Of a stretch of 64,000 nucleotides of DNA, positions 59,301 to 64,000 are shown piece by piece. The notes under the pieces are model-generated. The model did not search any database. It was not told the DNA's origin and saw nothing but the letters and a program-made list of their open reading frames with translations. A program made the translations under genes and the position numbers. Numbering within the stretch: the first letter of the stretch is position 1; every line of letters starts with the position of its first letter. Where the stretch lies: assembly GCF_009914755.1 (NCBI RefSeq), contig NC_060926.1; one strand, given 5' to 3'. This DNA comes from the human T2T-CHM13v2.0 reference genome, Homo sapiens.

Positions 59301-61065
59301 CTTCACCTATAAAGACACACATAGATTGAAAATAAAGGCATTAAAGGCATGGAAAAAAGATATTCCATATTGATGGAAACCTAAAAAGAGCAAGAGTAGC
59401 TATACTTGCATCAGACCAAATAGATTTCAAGACAAAAACTATGGGAAGAGACAAAGAATGCCACTGTATAATGATAAGTCAATTCAACAAGAGAATATAG
59501 CAATTTTAAATATATATCCACCCAACACTGGGGCACCCAGATATATAAAGAAAATTGCCCTGATACTAAAACCAGACAAAGACACATCAAAAAACAAACA
59601 AACAAAAAACCCCAAGGCAATATCTCTGAAGAATATTGATGCAAAAATTCTCAACAAAATACCGCCAAGTCAAATTCACATTGGATTTAAAAGATTACTT
59701 ATTATGACCAAGTAGGATTTATTCCTAGATCCAAGAATGGTTTAACATATGCAAATCAATCAATGTGATACTTCATATCAACCGAATGAAGGATAAAAAC
59801 CATAGAATTATTTCAATTGATGCTGAAAAAGCTTTTGATAAAATTCAACATTCTTTTATGATAAAAAGACTCAAACCACTAGGGATAGAAGGAACATACC
59901 TCAAAATAACAAAAGCCATTATGACAGATCCACAGCTAGTGTCATACTAAACAGGGAAAAACTGAAAGCCTTTCCTCTAAGATCTGGAACACGGCAAAGA
60001 TCCACTGTGAATAGCAGTCAGTACTGTTGTTCAACACAGTACTGGAAGTCCTAGCTAGAGCAGCCAGACAAGCAAAAACACTAAAGTGCATCCAATTTGA
60101 AATTCAAGAAGTCAAATTATCCTGGTTTGCAGATGATATGATAATATATTTTGAAAAACCTAAAGAATCCACAAAAAAATCCATTATGGAAAAACCTAAA
60201 GATTCCATTAAAAAAACTATTAGTACTGACAAACAAATTCAGTAAAGTTGCAAAATACAAAAACAACACACAAAAGTTAGCAGCATTTCTATATGTCAAT
60301 AACAAACAATATGAAAAAGAAATCTAGAATTTAATCCCATTTACAATAGCCACAAATAATATTAAATACCTAGGAATTAGCCAAGGAAATGAAAGATTTC
60401 TATAAAAAAAACTATAAAACATTGATGAATGAAATTGAAGAGGTAATCAAAAATATAAAAAAATTATATGTTCATGGATTAGAAGACTCAATATTGTTAA
60501 AATGCTCATACTACCCAAAGTGATCTTCAGTTTCAATGCAATCCCTATCAATATCAAAATACTAACGACATTCTTCATAGAAACAGAAAATAAACCAATG
60601 CTAAAGCTTATATGGAATCACAAAAAAAGAATCAGAATAGCCAATGCTATTCTAAGCAAAAAGAACAAAATTGGAGGAATCACATTACCTGACTTCAAAC
60701 TATACTACAGAGTTGCAGTAATCAACACAGCATGACACTGGCATAAAAACAGACATCAACCAATGGAACAGAATAGAGAACCCAGAAAGAAATATACACA
60801 TCTGCCCTGAAATCCTTTTTGACAAAGGTGTTAAGAACATATGTCAGGGGAAAGATACTCTCTTCAATAAATGGTGCTGAGCAAACTGAGATATCCTTGT
60901 GCAGAAGAATGAAACTAGATGCCTATCTCTCACCATATATAAAAATCAAATAAAAATGCATTAAAGACTTAAATATAAGACCTCAAACCACAAAGCTACT
61001 ACAAGAACAAGAAACCATTGGAGAAAATCTCCAGGATATTGATCTGGGCAAAAATTTCTGGTTTT

Positions 61066-61108
<43 letters not shown>

Positions 61109-62295
61109 AGACAGAGTCTCACTCTGTCTCCAAGGCTAGAGTGCAGTGGCTCAATCTCAGCTCACTGCAACTTCTGCCTCCCAGGTTCAAGCCATTTCAC
61201 TGCCTTAGCCTCCTGAGTAGCTGGGACTACAGGAGCATGCCACCACACCTGATTAATTTTTGTATTTTTAGTAAAGATAGGGTTTCACCATGGTGGCCAG
61301 GCTGGTCACGAACTCCTGACCTTAAGTGATCAGCCCACCTTGGCCTCTCAAAGTGCTGGGATTAGAGGCTGGGCAAAAATTTGTTGGGTAATATTTCAGA
61401 AGCACAGACAACCAAAAGAAAAATGAGCAAATGGGATCACATCGAGTTAAAAAGCTTCTGCACAGCAAAGGAAACAATCTACAAAGTGAAGAGACAATCT
61501 ACAGAATGGAAAGAAATATTTGCAAACTACCCATCTGACAAGAGATTAATAACCAGATTATATAAGGAACTCAAACAACTCTATAGAAAAAAAAGTAATG
61601 ATCTGATCCAAAAAGTGAGCAAAATATATGAATAGATATCCCACTGCTGGGCATATACCCAAAAGAAAGGAAATCAATATATTGAAGAGATATCTGTACT
61701 CCCAAGTTTGTTTCAGCACTATTCACAATAGCCAAAATTTGGAAGCAACCTAAGTGTCCATCAACAAAATAATAAAGAAAATATGGTACATATACACAAT
61801 GGAGTACTATCCAGCCGTAAAAATGAATGTGATTCTGTCATTTGCAACAACGTGGATGGAGCGCCACCTCATTATGCTATGTGAACAAAACATGCACAGA
61901 AAGACATACATCGTATGTTCTCACTTATTTTTGGGATCTAAAAACAGAAACAATTGAACATATGGATAGAGGTAGTAGAAGGATGGTTATCAGAGGCTGG
62001 GAAGTGTAGTGGAGTGGGGAGATGGTTAATGGCTACAAAAATAATACTCAGAAAGAATGAATGACACCTACTATTTGATAACACAACAGGGTGACTATAG
62101 TCAGTAATAATTTAATTGTACATTTTAAAATAATTAAGAGTATAATTAGATTGTAACGCAAAGGATAAAGGTTTCAGGGGATAGATACCCCATTCTCCAT
62201 GATGTGATTATTTCACATTGTCTGCCAGTATCAAAACATCTCAAGTGCCTCATAAATATATACACCTACTATGTACCTATAAAAATTTAAAAATG
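56382..62295 (+). mobile_element. Full-span but internally deleted L1MA (about MA2/3-like)
   Basis: L1M 5' UTR (gatggtggaatagaagg...), RT motifs ([21 protein letters not shown]), L1MA 3' UTR; 13-bp TSD caaatttaggaga at 56369-56381 and 62296-62308. Confidence 0.9.
61058..61368 (-). mobile_element. AluS nested in L1MA ORF2, slightly 5'-truncated, long poly-T
   Basis: About 40 T, gagacagagtctcactc...; TSD ctgggcaaaaattt at 61044-61057 and 61369-61382. Confidence 0.94.
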
Positions 62296-62959
62296 CAAAT
62301 TTAGGAGAATCCAAATTTTTATGAGATAACAAAATTGAGAGAACTCGAGATAGAATGCAAACTAAAACAAATGAATCTAACTCTTTTACAAAGAATCATG
62401 TAACCATACTATGGTTACATGTATGTGGTGGAGAAAATGAGCTGACTTAAGTTGGATAACAGTATTTTGAGTAGATACTTATAAAGACTAAAGACAAAAA
62501 ATAATTTTATGTAAACATTGTATCATAGTTTGTAAATTTGCTTCTCACAGTGCTATAGAATAACAATTTAAAACTACTTTATATGTATAGAAGTGTTGGA
62601 TCAATAAGTAAATATGTTGTAAATAATGAGAACCATGTTTCTCTCTGTGAAGAAAAAAGTTACAAATAAGGAAAGGTGGAACTCCATTATTCTGGATTGC
62701 AGTTGGATTGCCAGAGAAAGAGACAGAAATAAAAATTGGTATGTCTGTATGCATGAATTTATTTCCTATATCTGTCCCCTATAAGCAGGGATGTCCCAAG
62801 AGCAATGAGCATACCTAGAAGAAGGATCTTGATTTTTAGAAATAATTTTCCAATAAAAGGAATCAGGGCCGTATAGAAAGGTGATTGATTTCACACTGGG
62901 TGAGAGAAAATACAAGATATAACTAAGGCATTGGCGATCCCATAATATAAAAACACACA

Positions 62960-62989
62960 TAGAGATGATAGACAGATAGATAGATAGAT

Positions 62990-63052
<63 letters not shown>

Positions 63053-63053
63053 T
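62960..63053. repeat. (AGAT)n tetranucleotide repeat
   Basis: Imperfect GATA array. Confidence 0.97.
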
Positions 63054-63055
63054 AG

Positions 63056-63604
63056 TATGATGGTTAATATTAGGGGTCAACTTGGTTGAAGGAAGCCTAG
63101 ATAGCTGGTAAAGTATTGTTTCTGGGTGTGTCTGAGAGGATGTTGCCAGAAGAGATTAACATTTGAGTCAGTGGACTGGAAGAGGAAGATCCAACTCTCA
63201 ATTTGGGTGGACACTATCCAGTTGGCTACCAGCATGGCTAGAATAAAGCAGGTGGAAAAAGGTGCAATAAGCTGGCTTGCTGAGTCTTCTATCTTTCATC
63301 TTTCTCCCATGCTGGATGCTTCCTGCCCTTGAACATCAGACTCCAGGTTCTTCAGCCTTTGGATTCTTGGACTTATATATCAGTGACTTGCTGGGGGATC
63401 TTGGGCCTTTGGCCACAGACTGAAGGCTGCACTGTGGGATTCCCTACTTTTGAGGCTTTTGGACTCAGAATGAGCCACTACTTGCTTTCTTCCTCCAGCT
63501 TATTATGCAACTTTACCTTGTGAACATGCAAGTCAATATTCTCCTTAATAAACTCCCTTTCAGATATATAGTCTCCTATTAGGCCTGCCCCTCCGGAGAA
63601 CCCT

Positions 63605-63606
<2 letters not shown>
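63056..63606 (+). mobile_element. MLT2 (ERVL) solo LTR
   Basis: tgatggttaatatt...gtcaacttgg...tttctgggtgtgtctgagagg...aataaactccc...gagaaccct. Confidence 0.88.
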
Positions 63607-63657
<51 letters not shown>

Positions 63658-63670
63658 GATAGAAAGAAAG

Positions 63671-63725
<55 letters not shown>
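63607..63725. repeat. Compound (GATA)n/(GAAA)n tetranucleotide repeat
   Basis: Two GATA runs separated by gaaagaaagaa. Confidence 0.97.
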
Positions 63726-64000
63726 TGTCAGGCCTCTGAGCCCAAGCTAAGCCATCATGTCCCCTGTGACCTGCACGTTCACATCCAGATTTCCAGTTCC
63801 TGCCTTAACTGATGACATTCCACCACAAAAGAAGTGAAAATGGCCTGTTCCTGACTTAACTGATGACATTGTCTTGTGAAATTCCTTTTCCTGGCTCATC
63901 TTGGCTCAAAAGCTCTCCCACTGAGTACCTTGTGACCCCCAGTCCTGCCCGCCAGAGAACCCCCCTTTTTCCTTTACCTACCCAAATCCTATAAAACGGC
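63726..64000 (+). mobile_element. HERV-H LTR7-family LTR (U3 part; runs off the window)
   Basis: tgtcaggcctctgagcccaagctaagccatc...; duplicated gttcctg(c/a)cttaactgatgacatt; TATAAAA at 63990-63996. Confidence 0.93.

Noticed and set aside
59458-61957. Reverse-transcriptase-like ORFs ([15 protein letters not shown])
   Set aside because: Broken L1MA ORF2 with stops, frameshifts, deletions and an Alu insertion; not a novel RT system.

Overview
Primate, almost certainly human, genomic DNA. It carries Alu S/J/Y elements, L1PA/L1M, MaLR/MLT LTRs and a HERV-H LTR7. The only protein-coding gene I can support is REG3G on the + strand: a non-coding exon 1 at about 38038-38064 and five coding exons spanning 38385-40567. 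These splice to a 528-nt, 175-aa secreted C-type lectin, with a TATA box, GAS/STAT-like sites and an AATAAA signal. This places the window in the 2p12 REG cluster. The rest is an orphan CpG island (about 4280-6320) and interspersed repeats, including a heavily nested L1/LTR/Alu block from about 41 kb to the end. Almost all ORFs in the supplied track are chance or repeat-derived. I found no demonstrably new biological system. The most interesting items are two ~175-bp non-tandem templated duplications (one splits an Alu), a twin-primed L1, an internally deleted full-span L1MA with intact TSD, the orphan CpG island with a CpG-preserved Alu, REG3G regulatory and splicing features, and weak, unverified hints of decayed exons between the island and REG3G. 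Repeat subfamily calls and boundaries were made by eye and are approximate.
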